A stretch of DNA of 64,000 nucleotides from Escherichia phage Ptacy1532: sequence record PQ863255.1. One strand, given 5' to 3'. Both the position numbers and the translations under genes were made by a program. Within the stretch, counting starts at the first letter, position 1; each line of letters opens with the position of its first letter. Shown one piece after another: positions 1 to 10,264 of the stretch. The notes under the pieces are model-generated. The model was not told where the DNA came from and ran no database searches. It was given only the letters and a program-made list of their open reading frames with translations.

Positions 1-572
1 AGAACGCTGCTCCGGGAACTGGAGATAAAGATGTTGTTACTAAAGGCCAGATGGAGGCTTTTATGAACAACTGGATGGAAAATAAAGTATTCCGTATTGG
101 GTCTTACTATATCACTGAAGAAGATGTTAATCCGGGTGATTCTATCTCTCTTGGGTTTGGCTCTTGGGCTAAAGTTACTGGCGTTATCATGGGTACTGGT
201 GTTGTCAACCCTGATGGTACAGTTCCTAATGCCTCTAGGGTTGAGTTTACTTCTGGGGCTACTGGTGGTAGGATTTTCAACACAGTTCAAACAGAGAACT
301 TACCGTTGATGACTATTAATGGTTCGAGCTTTTCTGTTTCCAGTAACACTCACGCACACAACATTAACTTTGGTCGTGGGGATGCTAGCGGTCACAATAG
401 TTCCCCTAACTGGTATAGTCCCGGTTCTGGATTTACCCACAGAACAGAGTCTGATACTCACACCCACACAATATCTGGTTCTGTTAGTTTTGGACGTGAC
501 GACATATCTCGTCAACCTATTAACACTTTGCCACCATTCAGAGCGGCTCACATCTGGAGACGTATTAGCTAA
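1..572 (+). CDS. tail fibre / tail-collar domain protein, C-terminal part (5' end lies before the window)
   Basis: Reading frame is open from the window edge into the track ORF 51..572; His-rich HxH-type C-terminus resembles phage tail-collar proteins; RBS of next gene follows immediately. Confidence 0.5.
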   Translation, partial: NAAPGTGDKDVVTKGQMEAFMNNWMENKVFRIGSYYITEEDVNPGDSISLGFGSWAKVTGVIMGTGVVNPDGTVPNASRVEFTSGATGGRIFNTVQTENLPLMTINGSSFSVSSNTHAHNINFGRGDASGHNSSPNWYSPGSGFTHRTESDTHTHTISGSVSFGRDDISRQPINTLPPFRAAHIWRRIS

Positions 573-581
573 GGAGGAATT

Positions 582-3500
582 ATGGCGTTGTATCCAATAA
601 AATCACTCGGTGCTGTCGGTGTTATTGCTGACCAAGCACCTACTGATTTAGCTCCTAATGCTTTCACTAACGCTATAAACGCTCGGTTTGTTGAGCAGAG
701 AGTTTTTAAGACGGGGGGCAACGCCCCTCTTTCTTACGTAGATGAAGATAAAGATTTAACTCCTCTGTCTTTCATATCTATGCCTTTCGATTACTATAGT
801 GCAGGTAATAGCTTTCTTATTGTAGGCACTGACAAGAAGCTATATAAACTGACAGATGAAAGCTTGACTGATATCAGCAGAAAAGTCGCTACGGTGACTA
901 AAAAAGCCTCTGCTACTATCAAAATATATCCTGTGGTCTCTAGGATTACCCCTAAAGAGTCTACTATTTCCATGAACTTCAATCAAACTAAATCTTTAGA
1001 AGTTACAATATCTCCAGAAGATGCTAATAATCCTGAACTTGTTTGGAGTGTTAGTAACCCTTCTTACGGTCAGATTACTGTAGACCCTACTGACTCTAAG
1101 AAAGCCTCTTTGACCTCTTTGAATAAAGAAGGCAATCTCGTAGTGACGGTCCAGACTAAAGATGAATCTGTATCAGCTCAGATTGCTGTCAATATTATTG
1201 ACGGAGACTCAGGTATCTTCTTGAGTCAAGATACTGTAACAGTTCGTAAAGGTGGTAATACCACAATAACTGCGGTGACTGGTAAAACTCCTGTAAGTTG
1301 GTCCACTACTAACGGTTCTATCGTTTCTGTGACTCCTAATGCTAACACACTCACGGCAGTGCTTGTTGCTAATGGAGAAGGAACAGCAACTATCACAGCG
1401 GATAACGGAACTAAAACTGCATCATGCGTTGTTAATGTAATACCACAGATTGACAGTATCACTCTGAGTCAAACAGATGTTACCATTAACAGAGGGACTC
1501 AATATATTCTTACAGCTACAGTATCTCCAACGAATGCTCCTAATAAAAACATAACATGGACTTCCTCTAACCCGAATATTGCTACAGTATCTGGTACAGG
1601 TACAGAGGCAACCATTACTGCGATTACAGCTGGCTTCACTGAGATTACCGCTACTACTCAAGAAGGCAGCAGAACCGCTGTCTGTACAGTTCGTGTAGAT
1701 TTGTCTGGAAGGATGATGAGAACCTCTCTTATGGCTATGTCTTCTACTGAACCAGATGCTCCAGAAGTGGTTGAGGATGTAGTAGTTCCTGAGTCAGAAG
1801 AGGTTTTGTATTTTGCATCACCTTCCTCTGGGATAGATACTACTGGAATGTCTGAAGGGAATAGCTTCTATGATTATTCAAACGTGGATGACATGGAGGG
1901 TTTTGCAAGAGCTTCTCTTTTTGCCACCCCTTTAGATTCTGTAACGTTAGATGTAGTTAGTGCTTCTCTGGATGTAGGAGAGGAGATTGTTATTACAGCT
2001 ACAGCTTCTCCAGAGGGTGATTATTCTTACTTGTGGTCTGTTGATAAGACTGGGTATGTATCGACTACTTCTGTAACTGGTAAGTCTATAAAACTTACAG
2101 CTCTTCGTAAAGGTGAGATTAACATAACATGTTCTGTCAGTCAAATGACACAGAGGGATTATGATGCGTTTGATGACTACCCTTGGTATCATGCTGTTAT
2201 ATCGAACTGTGTTGTTGCTACTACTCACTATGAAACCCCTCAAGTAAAAGAGTTCGAGTCTGAATACTTTACCGACCTTCCGGGATGGGGAGAACAAACA
2301 GTAGTAGATAACGATGGGAACCCCTCGGTTAAGAAGTTCAACTGGAAGTGTGAAAGGGTTCGCTCTTTTAATAACAGACTCTTTGCTCTGAACATGAGGG
2401 AGTCAAACGCTTCTGGCGTTACAACTAACTACCCGCTTCGTCTTCGTTGGTCTAATTTTGCTAATGAGAACAAAGCTCCTACATTGTGGGATGACTTTGC
2501 CTACGATCGTTTAGTAACGTCTGACTTAGCTTCGAATATAGTCGGGCAGACTGAAGCTCTGGAAAATGGTTATGCTGGTTACATTGATTTAGCAGACTCC
2601 AATGGCAGCTTGATTGATATCCTACCTCTTAAAGATTACTTGTTCGTTTACACGGAGTTTGAAACGTATATTGGTTCTCCAACTAATAACACATACCAAC
2701 CTCTAATGTTCAAGAAACTCTTTAACGATTCAGGTATCCTTGCCCCTGAGTGTGTAGTAGAAGTTGAAGGCAGCCATTTCGTTGTTACTCAGAATGATGT
2801 GATCTTGCATAATGGTGCAACTAAGAAGTCAATTGCTTCCAACCGTGTCAAGAATATGCTGATTAACGAGATATGTCTGGTCAACCCATTAGCTACCAGA
2901 GTTCACTTACATCAAGATAAAAAGGAGGTTTGGATTCTTTATGTAGGTCCGGGAGAGCCTAAGGAAAGTTATGCTTGTACTAAAGCTGCTGTATGGAATT
3001 ATGAGTTTGATACTTGGTCTTTCCGTACTATTCCTTATGCTCAATGTATCGGTTTGGTTGATCCTCCTGTTCTTGAAAGAGGTCCGATCTGGGCTGACTT
3101 CCAAGAGATTTCTTGGGATGACCCATCAATCAAAGAGCTTGTCTGGAGAAAAGATGCAACAAACTTCCGTCAGAGGATAACCATAGTAGGTTCTTTCTTA
3201 CGTGGATTCTATCAAGTGGATATAGGTTCTTTAGACTATTTCTATGACAGGCTTAATGATGTTGTTATAGAAAAACCTCTTGAGATGAGATTAGAGAGAA
3301 CAGGTATTGACTTTGATAACATCACAAATGAGTGGAATCAGAAGCATGTTAACAGGTTTAGACCTCAAACCACAGGCTCTGGGACTTACACATTCGAAGC
3401 AGGAGGTAGTCAATTCTCAAACGAATATGGTCATCCACACACATCTAAAACATACACAATCGGTGTTGATAGGCATGTCTCTGTGAGACTGAACCATCCA

Positions 3501-3593
3501 TACCTTTTCTATAATGTTATAGATAATGATGTTAACAGTAATGCTGCTATCAATGGTTTAACGATAGAGTTTGCTGTTGGCGGGCGGAGATAA
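582..3593 (+). CDS. tail fibre/structural protein with four Ig-like (Big_2-type) repeats
   Basis: 1003-aa ORF with AAGGAGG RBS; four ~75-aa repeats of the form T..A.VSP..A.N..V.W.S.N..IATV.. typical of bacterial Ig-like domains. Confidence 0.6.
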   Translation: MALYPIKSLGAVGVIADQAPTDLAPNAFTNAINARFVEQRVFKTGGNAPLSYVDEDKDLTPLSFISMPFDYYSAGNSFLIVGTDKKLYKLTDESLTDISRKVATVTKKASATIKIYPVVSRITPKESTISMNFNQTKSLEVTISPEDANNPELVWSVSNPSYGQITVDPTDSKKASLTSLNKEGNLVVTVQTKDESVSAQIAVNIIDGDSGIFLSQDTVTVRKGGNTTITAVTGKTPVSWSTTNGSIVSVTPNANTLTAVLVANGEGTATITADNGTKTASCVVNVIPQIDSITLSQTDVTINRGTQYILTATVSPTNAPNKNITWTSSNPNIATVSGTGTEATITAITAGFTEITATTQEGSRTAVCTVRVDLSGRMMRTSLMAMSSTEPDAPEVVEDVVVPESEEVLYFASPSSGIDTTGMSEGNSFYDYSNVDDMEGFARASLFATPLDSVTLDVVSASLDVGEEIVITATASPEGDYSYLWSVDKTGYVSTTSVTGKSIKLTALRKGEINITCSVSQMTQRDYDAFDDYPWYHAVISNCVVATTHYETPQVKEFESEYFTDLPGWGEQTVVDNDGNPSVKKFNWKCERVRSFNNRLFALNMRESNASGVTTNYPLRLRWSNFANENKAPTLWDDFAYDRLVTSDLASNIVGQTEALENGYAGYIDLADSNGSLIDILPLKDYLFVYTEFETYIGSPTNNTYQPLMFKKLFNDSGILAPECVVEVEGSHFVVTQNDVILHNGATKKSIASNRVKNMLINEICLVNPLATRVHLHQDKKEVWILYVGPGEPKESYACTKAAVWNYEFDTWSFRTIPYAQCIGLVDPPVLERGPIWADFQEISWDDPSIKELVWRKDATNFRQRITIVGSFLRGFYQVDIGSLDYFYDRLNDVVIEKPLEMRLERTGIDFDNITNEWNQKHVNRFRPQTTGSGTYTFEAGGSQFSNEYGHPHTSKTYTIGVDRHVSVRLNHPYLFYNVIDNDVNSNAAINGLTIEFAVGGRR

Positions 3594-3599
3594 CAACAA

Positions 3600-3626
3600 G
3601 GGGCTTCGTGCCCCTTTTATTGTTTT
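3600..3626 (+). terminator. Rho-independent terminator after the Ig-repeat fibre gene
   Basis: GGGGC-TTCGT-GCCCC hairpin followed by TTTTATTGTTTT immediately after the stop codon at 3591-3593. Confidence 0.55.
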
Positions 3627-3636
3627 GGAGGAACTT

Positions 3637-4647
3637 ATGGGTGCAGGTGGTTTTCGTAAGAACACAGGTCGCAACAACACCACACTCCCGTACAACGTTG
3701 GGTTTCTCAATAATGTACAGGATACAGAAAATTATAACGTGGCTGTGTATGATGAACTACAGAAAGTAAGCACAGCTACTAATCAGATGTTCCAAGCTAT
3801 AGATGAGATTCATGATGAAATTGATGTTCGTATCAAAGCTCTAAATGCGATGAATCTACAGTTTGATGAACTTGAGAATAGAATCACTACAGAGATTGAA
3901 ACTGCTATTGCAGATATTCAAACACAGATGGGTAATCTATCCACTGATGACATTTGGGATAACTCAGTACAACCACCTGTCAAACTTGAAAGTTCTATTT
4001 CAGGGATTAAGACGAGCATTGAAGGGAATGACTTAAAGATTCAAACTGTTCAAGGCATCGTCAATGATCAAGGGGAGGAGATAGCTCTAGTCCAAACAGA
4101 ACTGACTTCACAGGGGCAACAGATTACAGATGTTGATGGAAGAGTTACTACAGTACAAAACTCTCTTTCTCAATATATGAAGTTATCCGAATATGAAGCC
4201 ACTTGGGGTGTCAACTCTTCTGTAAACGGAAAATATGCTGGGGTTAAATTGACTAACAATGGAGTTAACAGCAAGTTCCAAGTAACAGCAGATAAGTTTG
4301 TTGTTGGTAATGGAACAACAGGGAACACTCCTTTTGTTTTTGAAAATGGTAGAGCAAAGATGGAGTTTGCTGATATAAAAAATGTCAACATAACTACTGC
4401 TCAGATCGCTAATGCTAGAATACAGTGGGCCCAAATTGATAATGTCAACATCACAAACGCACAAATTCAGAGTTTGTCCGCTGATAAAATTACAGCTGGT
4501 TCTATGAGTGGGTCTAATTGGAGACTAACTGTTGGTGGTGATTTTGTCTTGGGTGGTACGGGTGGTTCTCAATTATGGATGAATGGAAGCAGAATGGATT
4601 TTTATGATGGAAGTGGTGTTCTCAGAATAAGAATAGGGAGTTGGTAA
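3637..4647 (+). CDS. tail fibre-like protein (coiled-coil N-region, beta-rich C-terminus)
   Basis: Track ORF 3571..4647 trimmed to the ATG preceded by GGAGG (5 nt spacing) after the terminator; repeated NVNIT.AQI motifs typical of fibre proteins. Confidence 0.5.
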   Translation: MGAGGFRKNTGRNNTTLPYNVGFLNNVQDTENYNVAVYDELQKVSTATNQMFQAIDEIHDEIDVRIKALNAMNLQFDELENRITTEIETAIADIQTQMGNLSTDDIWDNSVQPPVKLESSISGIKTSIEGNDLKIQTVQGIVNDQGEEIALVQTELTSQGQQITDVDGRVTTVQNSLSQYMKLSEYEATWGVNSSVNGKYAGVKLTNNGVNSKFQVTADKFVVGNGTTGNTPFVFENGRAKMEFADIKNVNITTAQIANARIQWAQIDNVNITNAQIQSLSADKITAGSMSGSNWRLTVGGDFVLGGTGGSQLWMNGSRMDFYDGSGVLRIRIGSW

Positions 4648-4648
4648 C

Positions 4649-5683
4649 ATGGCTTATGGAATATGGACAAGACCTGTCGGTCCCGGACCTGCGGCAGCTT
4701 CTGATATTTACATTGACAGTAATTCTACTTTCCCTCAATTTAAGAACAGGGTTAGTGGTAATTATAACTTTAATGGGGGCAGTAGAGATTTCCCTATTTC
4801 TGGATGGGATGGCTCAGGCCAAATCGTTGTAGTCCCTACCGGCTCTTTGTGTTGGCAATGGGAAGTCCCTCCTAACCTCGTCCCTGATGTGTATGTTGTA
4901 AACAATATCAGTATTGTAAATAACTCAACTTTCAGGGTTAGCATAAACATGAATCCCGGAAGTAACCCGCTGTTTGACGTGGCTTTCAATGTATATCAAA
5001 TATGGCCTAGAGCCAATAGAAACTATGGTATAACCTTTTCAAACACAGCTGATTACTTCTCTATATCAGATGCTGGAGTTGTTGGTCAATGCATTTGGGC
5101 TTGGGAAGGAAATATTAATGGCTCTATGCAAGTTCCTGCCATTAGTGGTTTTGATATGTCAAGAGCTTCGGTATTTGCTAACTGGTCTGGAGGGCAAGGT
5201 TTACTATACGATGCAGGTAGTCGTAATATCAGAGTTTATCAAAATAGAACATACGACAATGGAAACAACAACCAAACAGGTACAATTAACAATGTTAGGG
5301 TTGCAGTATTCTGTGATGGGGCTGGAGTCCCTACGCACAACGGTGGATTGAATATCTACTCACCTAATGGTTCTCAATGCGTATTTTCTACCTACAGGAC
5401 GCCTTTTATAGTTGATCGTTTTATGGCTATGAGTGGAGGGGATACTGGATTATCATACCCTATGATTCCTCTGACAAATGGGGCTGGTTCGATTAGAGGT
5501 CAAGCTGGTAGTTGGTATTTCCAACACGCAAGATCCCATATAATGAACGGGTCTTCTTTTGGCACAGGGTATGGTCGATATATGTTCCAGTGGGATAGAA
5601 GTTACGATATGGGTGGTGGTGGAGCTATCTCCCTTCAGGTTCCAGTGCTAGATGCTAGGAAGATTTTTAGAAGCATACAATAA
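4649..5683 (+). CDS. hypothetical virion/tail protein (Gly/Asn-rich)
   Basis: 344-aa ORF tightly packed in the structural operon with RBS; no recognisable motif. Confidence 0.5.
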   Translation: MAYGIWTRPVGPGPAAASDIYIDSNSTFPQFKNRVSGNYNFNGGSRDFPISGWDGSGQIVVVPTGSLCWQWEVPPNLVPDVYVVNNISIVNNSTFRVSINMNPGSNPLFDVAFNVYQIWPRANRNYGITFSNTADYFSISDAGVVGQCIWAWEGNINGSMQVPAISGFDMSRASVFANWSGGQGLLYDAGSRNIRVYQNRTYDNGNNNQTGTINNVRVAVFCDGAGVPTHNGGLNIYSPNGSQCVFSTYRTPFIVDRFMAMSGGDTGLSYPMIPLTNGAGSIRGQAGSWYFQHARSHIMNGSSFGTGYGRYMFQWDRSYDMGGGGAISLQVPVLDARKIFRSIQ

Positions 5684-5692
5684 GGAGAACTT

Positions 5693-6475
5693 ATGGCAAT
5701 TAGAATGGGTATAGAAGAACTAGACCCGATGGTTCAACAGGCTTCAAAGAAGTATGGTATACCAGCTGCTTTGATTCATGCTGTAATTCAAAGGGAGTCT
5801 AGTGGTCATCCTAAGGTGGCTTCCGGAACTGGTCCTGTTGGTTTGATGCAGATCAGTAAAGGATTAGCCAAAGATTATGGTTACAAGCTAGAAGATAGGC
5901 TTGACCCAGCCAAGAATATCGATATGGGTGCTCGTTACATCAGAGATAACCTGAAAGCTTTTAATGGTGATGTTAGGAAGGCAATGGTTGGCTACTCAGA
6001 GGGAACTGGTGGTGCTAAGCAGATGTTCGCTGGTAAGAAAGGATTTACCCCTCAGGCTCTTGACTCAATGAACAACAAACACTTTCTTCCTTTCTATGGT
6101 GATGCAGCTTCTCAGATTGCTAACCCTATTGGGGCTTTACAAGCTGTTCAACCAGTTAATCAGTTTAATCCTGACTTGTTAGACAGAGAGAAGGCTGCAC
6201 AAGCTCCAACTCAGGCAGAGATTGCTGCTTCTAAGACAGGTGCTTTAGGAGGTAATCCTGTAGAGTTCTACTCTGATGAAGTGCAGGAAGGAGAAGATCA
6301 GAAGCCTCAACAGAACTTTGGTAATGCAGTATTAGAGGTAGCTGCTATGCTTGCTGGTAAACCTCCTACTTCTCAAACAGTTCAGAGGGCAAGTGCACCA
6401 CATGCAGCAGGTTCTCAGTACAGTCCACAAACACAAGCAGTGCTCAGACGTTTGGCTAGCATTGGTGTAAAGTAA
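5693..6475 (+). CDS. lytic transglycosylase (SLT domain), probably virion-associated
   Basis: AAGGAG RBS; motif QRESSGHPKVASGTGPVGLMQI matches the SLT catalytic E-S...GLMQ signature. Confidence 0.75.
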   Translation: MAIRMGIEELDPMVQQASKKYGIPAALIHAVIQRESSGHPKVASGTGPVGLMQISKGLAKDYGYKLEDRLDPAKNIDMGARYIRDNLKAFNGDVRKAMVGYSEGTGGAKQMFAGKKGFTPQALDSMNNKHFLPFYGDAASQIANPIGALQAVQPVNQFNPDLLDREKAAQAPTQAEIAASKTGALGGNPVEFYSDEVQEGEDQKPQQNFGNAVLEVAAMLAGKPPTSQTVQRASAPHAAGSQYSPQTQAVLRRLASIGVK

Positions 6476-6494
6476 TAATCTTTAAGGAGGACTT

Positions 6495-7547
6495 ATGTCT
6501 TTATTTGGAAAATCAGCTTCTAGCAAAACCACAGTGGCTCCTTCCTCTCAGGTTGATGCCCTGCTGAAGCAGATTGTTGCTAATGCTCAGAATATGCAGA
6601 ACAACGATCCGGGATTCATTTCCCAACAGCTGGCTGGGTTTAATGGCAACCAACAGGGTGCTCTGAATAATTTGGCAGCTTCTACAACTCAGAAGCAACT
6701 AGCTGATATGTACACGCCTCGTACTCAGCAAGGGTTGGACCAACTAAACTCTCTTGCCCAACAGTATCAGGATATCATAAACGGTGGCGGTATAACTGCT
6801 GATGGTGTTAATAACTTTAATAAAGGGTTGAATAATTCAGCTCTTGCTCAAGCCACTAGTAAAGCAGCTTCCAACGTATCTCTCGGGAATGGCTCTGATT
6901 CAGGTTCTCTTCGTAGAGCTGCTGCTCAGGGTGCTGCTTTGAATGGTGCTAATACAAACCTAGCTCGAACTATCAATGGAAAGAATATGGGAATTAATGC
7001 CCTTCAACAAGACCAAAACTTCCAGAGAGGATTACTTGGTGCTCAGTCGGGGTTAGCTGGACAGAATCTTAATCTTGGTGCACAAGGTGTTCAGGCAACC
7101 CAACAAGCTATCCAGAATCAACTCTTGGCTGGTAATTTACAACAGCGACAAGATCAAGCTCAAGCTGACATTAATTGGCAGAATGCTATTGGCTCTAGGC
7201 AGTATGGATGGAATCAGCTTAACAACCAGCTTAATGTATTAAACAGTGTAAGCCCAATGGCTGGATATACAATTAAGAATGCCGCTCCGGGTGTTAACAC
7301 AGGGCAGCAGATTCTTGGTGCTGGTATTACTGGATTAGGTATTGCAGGTCGTATGGGCGCTTTCTCTCCTAACCAACAGACTCAAAATGCTTGGAGTTCC
7401 TATAACAACTCAGGTGGGCAATCTGGAATGGCTGGTCCTATGATTGGAGGTTCTAATCTCTCTCAACAGAGAAGTCAGTCTAACTGGTTATCCACAGCAG
7501 GTAGTAATATCTTAGGTGGCGTCTTAGGGGCATTCGGAGCAAACTAA
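6495..7547 (+). CDS. Gln/Asn/Gly-rich virion protein (paralog of 7560..8528)
   Basis: AAGGAGG RBS; N-terminus MSLFG..S.KTT and GFN.NQ..ALNNLA shared with the next gene; Gly-rich C-terminus. Confidence 0.5.
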   Translation: MSLFGKSASSKTTVAPSSQVDALLKQIVANAQNMQNNDPGFISQQLAGFNGNQQGALNNLAASTTQKQLADMYTPRTQQGLDQLNSLAQQYQDIINGGGITADGVNNFNKGLNNSALAQATSKAASNVSLGNGSDSGSLRRAAAQGAALNGANTNLARTINGKNMGINALQQDQNFQRGLLGAQSGLAGQNLNLGAQGVQATQQAIQNQLLAGNLQQRQDQAQADINWQNAIGSRQYGWNQLNNQLNVLNSVSPMAGYTIKNAAPGVNTGQQILGAGITGLGIAGRMGAFSPNQQTQNAWSSYNNSGGQSGMAGPMIGGSNLSQQRSQSNWLSTAGSNILGGVLGAFGAN

Positions 7548-7559
7548 AGGAGATTTAAT

Positions 7560-8528
7560 ATGGCTTTATTTGGAGGAGGGAATAGTAAAACTACTTCCCA
7601 AATGATTCGCCCTGAATACATTCAACAGTATATTGACCAGCTTAATAAGCAGATTGGTAATACCAGTTCAGGGGATTATGTTTATCGAGACAATGTAGGG
7701 TTTAATAACAACCAGACGGAGGCACTTAATAACTTAGCACAATCTGGTGCTCTAGGAACTCTCTCACAGCAATATATGGATGCAGCAGGTCAAGGGTTAG
7801 GGTATCTGGATAATGCCTATAAAGGTTATCAGAGCCTCTCTGGACAAGGTGGGATTACTGGAGAGCAGATCGGTGCTCTCGCTGGTCAACTGTATGATGA
7901 CGATGCTGTGCAAGCAGCTATTACAGCTAATAACGAGCAGGTTCAACAGAACTTGGCACGTAACGCTCTTCCTCAGTTAGCTCAACAGTTTGCTGGTCAA
8001 CAAGGCTCAGGTGCTCGTATGGCTAAGTCTTTTGCCCAAGGTGATGCTCTAAATCAGATGCAAGGCCAAGCAACAGATATTACCAACAGTGCCTATAACT
8101 CGGCTATTAGCCAAGCTGAAAGTATTCTCTCTGGTAATAGACAGAATCAGGCAGCTGCTCTCTCAGGTCTTTCTAATATCGGTTCTAATCTTTCTAACCT
8201 AGGCCAGCAGGGTGCTAATTTGTCTCAACAGCAAATAATGAATCAATGGAATGCAGGATTGCAGCAACAACAGCAACAACAGAATGAATATGATAATGCC
8301 TACCAGAATGCTCAGAACGCAGCTAATTGGGGGTGGCAGGATATCAACAATCAACTCGGTGCAGCAGGTGTACTTAACGGCGCTCTTGGACAAACTACAA
8401 CTACTAAAACATCTGGTGGCAAAGGTGGTTTCCTTGGTGGAGCTATGAGTGGTGCAGCAGCTGGCTCTTCCTTTGGGCCTTGGGGCGCATTAGCGGGGGG
8501 TGTAATCGGTGGGTTGGCTAGTACTTAA
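7560..8528 (+). CDS. Gln/Asn/Gly-rich virion protein (paralog of 6495..7547), contains a poly-Q tract
   Basis: AAGGAG RBS; shares N- and C-terminal motifs with the preceding gene; internal QQQQQQQ run. Confidence 0.5.
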   Translation: MALFGGGNSKTTSQMIRPEYIQQYIDQLNKQIGNTSSGDYVYRDNVGFNNNQTEALNNLAQSGALGTLSQQYMDAAGQGLGYLDNAYKGYQSLSGQGGITGEQIGALAGQLYDDDAVQAAITANNEQVQQNLARNALPQLAQQFAGQQGSGARMAKSFAQGDALNQMQGQATDITNSAYNSAISQAESILSGNRQNQAAALSGLSNIGSNLSNLGQQGANLSQQQIMNQWNAGLQQQQQQQNEYDNAYQNAQNAANWGWQDINNQLGAAGVLNGALGQTTTTKTSGGKGGFLGGAMSGAAAGSSFGPWGALAGGVIGGLAST

Positions 8529-8541
8529 TTAGGAGATAAAT

Positions 8542-10197
8542 ATGCAACAGACAACTTACGCTCAGGTTAGAAGTCGTGACCCGAGAAATACTTTCTATGG
8601 TGTTAATCCGGGAGCGGCTTCGGCCTCTCCTTATATGGCTAGACCGACTCAGACAGCAGATATTTCTATGTACCAACGTCCTGCTGTACCTTCATCTCTT
8701 GCGGGTCTTGTCTCTCAAGCAGAAGAAGATCAGAATGCTATGATTAATCCGGGGTTCCAGCAGCGTCTTATGGAACAGCAGAATCAAGGAACCCCTACCA
8801 GTCTTCAGGGTATTGATATTGGAGCACCAGCCCCTGTAGCGGCTAATCCTAACCTATCCACTGATCAAGGTTTACAAGATGCAGGGCTTATGCCTAGTGA
8901 CCCTCTTCCGGTAACACCTCCTCCTAAACCATTAGAAGATGGTCCTATGGAGTTTACTCCTTCTCAGGTGGAACAGGCACAAGGTGTGATTAACACTCTT
9001 GCTCAAGGACAAGATACTGGTGATGGGATGGCTGCTGCTACTCGTGCTAAAGATCAGGAACGTGTTAACAACGATATCTTGCAAGTTGCGAAAGCTAAAG
9101 ACCCTTCGGAAGCTTGGAACAAACTACAGAAAGAACCATTCTACCAAAACTCCAGTTTCTATACAGGTTTGATGGGTGTAGGTCTTTCCATCATGTCAGG
9201 TAAATCTCCTATCGAAGCTTTCCAGATTGGTCAGGGAATGGCTAATCAAGATGAGACTAAGAAGCAACTGGAAGCTAACCGTGATGCTCTAATTGAACAA
9301 GGTTTCTCTCAAGATTCGATCGCAGCTGCTATTGCTAACGGAGATCCTTCTCTGCTGAAGATGAAAGCTGTGGACCCTGCTCAGAAAGAAGCGTTGTATG
9401 CTGCTCGTGAAGAACGACAGAATGCTGAATGGGACAGACGTCAACAGATTCAAGAGCAGACTATGCGTGAGCGTGCTGAGGAAACTCGTCGATCCGCTGA
9501 AGAAAGAGCTAATATGAACTTTGAACGTCAGAAAGAGTTGATTGGCTATCGTGATAAAGTTAAGGCTGAACGTGCTGAACAGGCTGCTCAGAGTTTTAAC
9601 TTCAACCCGAAAGAAGTCCGTCTTGCTCAGAATACAGCTGAAGGTACGGTTGCTAAGCAGTGGGCAGAGAAAGGTGGCTTGTTTAACCAGTCCAATAAAG
9701 ACTTGGACTTGGCTGATAAAGCTGTTAAGGACAAAGATTATCAGACGGCCCGTTCTGCTTACATGCAGGCTATCATGAACTCCGCAAGGGCTGAAATCGG
9801 TGCTACTCGTTCTCTTACCGAAGAAGACTTGGGACACTTTGCAGAAGACCCATCAATCTTCGTTCGTGTTGGTAACAAGTTTTCACTTAAATCTGGATGG
9901 CGTCCTACTGATTCTGCTCTTGCTTATGCTCGTAAGCAGGCTAACGTTGGTCACACCTCTGCAATGAAAGGTGTTGCTGATGCTAAGAGAGCTACGATTG
10001 AAGCTTATATCGGTTCTGGTATGGATAAGAAGAGAGCTACTGCATTGGTCAACCGTGCAATCCCTTCTGGTGGTTTCTATGACCCTCTAGGTGTTTTCTC
10101 TGAACAAGCGGAGGAAGCAGTTGGTGGTGCAGCAACCAATCCTAAGCTTAATGGTGCTTTATCGGCTGTAGAAGATACTAGCTGGTTCACGCAATAA
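8542..10197 (+). CDS. internal virion / structural protein
   Basis: 551-aa ORF with AGGAG RBS in the structural operon; charged coiled-coil-like C-terminal half. Confidence 0.5.
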   Translation: MQQTTYAQVRSRDPRNTFYGVNPGAASASPYMARPTQTADISMYQRPAVPSSLAGLVSQAEEDQNAMINPGFQQRLMEQQNQGTPTSLQGIDIGAPAPVAANPNLSTDQGLQDAGLMPSDPLPVTPPPKPLEDGPMEFTPSQVEQAQGVINTLAQGQDTGDGMAAATRAKDQERVNNDILQVAKAKDPSEAWNKLQKEPFYQNSSFYTGLMGVGLSIMSGKSPIEAFQIGQGMANQDETKKQLEANRDALIEQGFSQDSIAAAIANGDPSLLKMKAVDPAQKEALYAAREERQNAEWDRRQQIQEQTMRERAEETRRSAEERANMNFERQKELIGYRDKVKAERAEQAAQSFNFNPKEVRLAQNTAEGTVAKQWAEKGGLFNQSNKDLDLADKAVKDKDYQTARSAYMQAIMNSARAEIGATRSLTEEDLGHFAEDPSIFVRVGNKFSLKSGWRPTDSALAYARKQANVGHTSAMKGVADAKRATIEAYIGSGMDKKRATALVNRAIPSGGFYDPLGVFSEQAEEAVGGAATNPKLNGALSAVEDTSWFTQ

Positions 10198-10216
10198 GAC
10201 CTAAGTCCTGCCTTCT

Positions 10217-10225
10217 ATAATGTAT
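10217..10225 (+). promoter_or_regulatory. TAATGTATA motif about 40 nt upstream of the 1473-aa virion gene (candidate phage promoter element)
   Basis: CTATAATGTATATAGGGGG; same 9-mer recurs upstream of two minus-strand genes (20013-20023, 26428-26438). Confidence 0.35.
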
Positions 10226-10264
10226 ATAGGGGGTAGGACATTTTTATTTATAAAAGGAGACGTT

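Noticed and set aside
9289-9837. 182-aa minus-strand ORF (and other minus-strand ORFs at 794-13864) inside the plus-strand structural genes
   Set aside because: Lies antisense within long, well-supported plus-strand genes, has low-complexity Ser/Leu/Phe-rich composition and no RBS; typical shadow ORF
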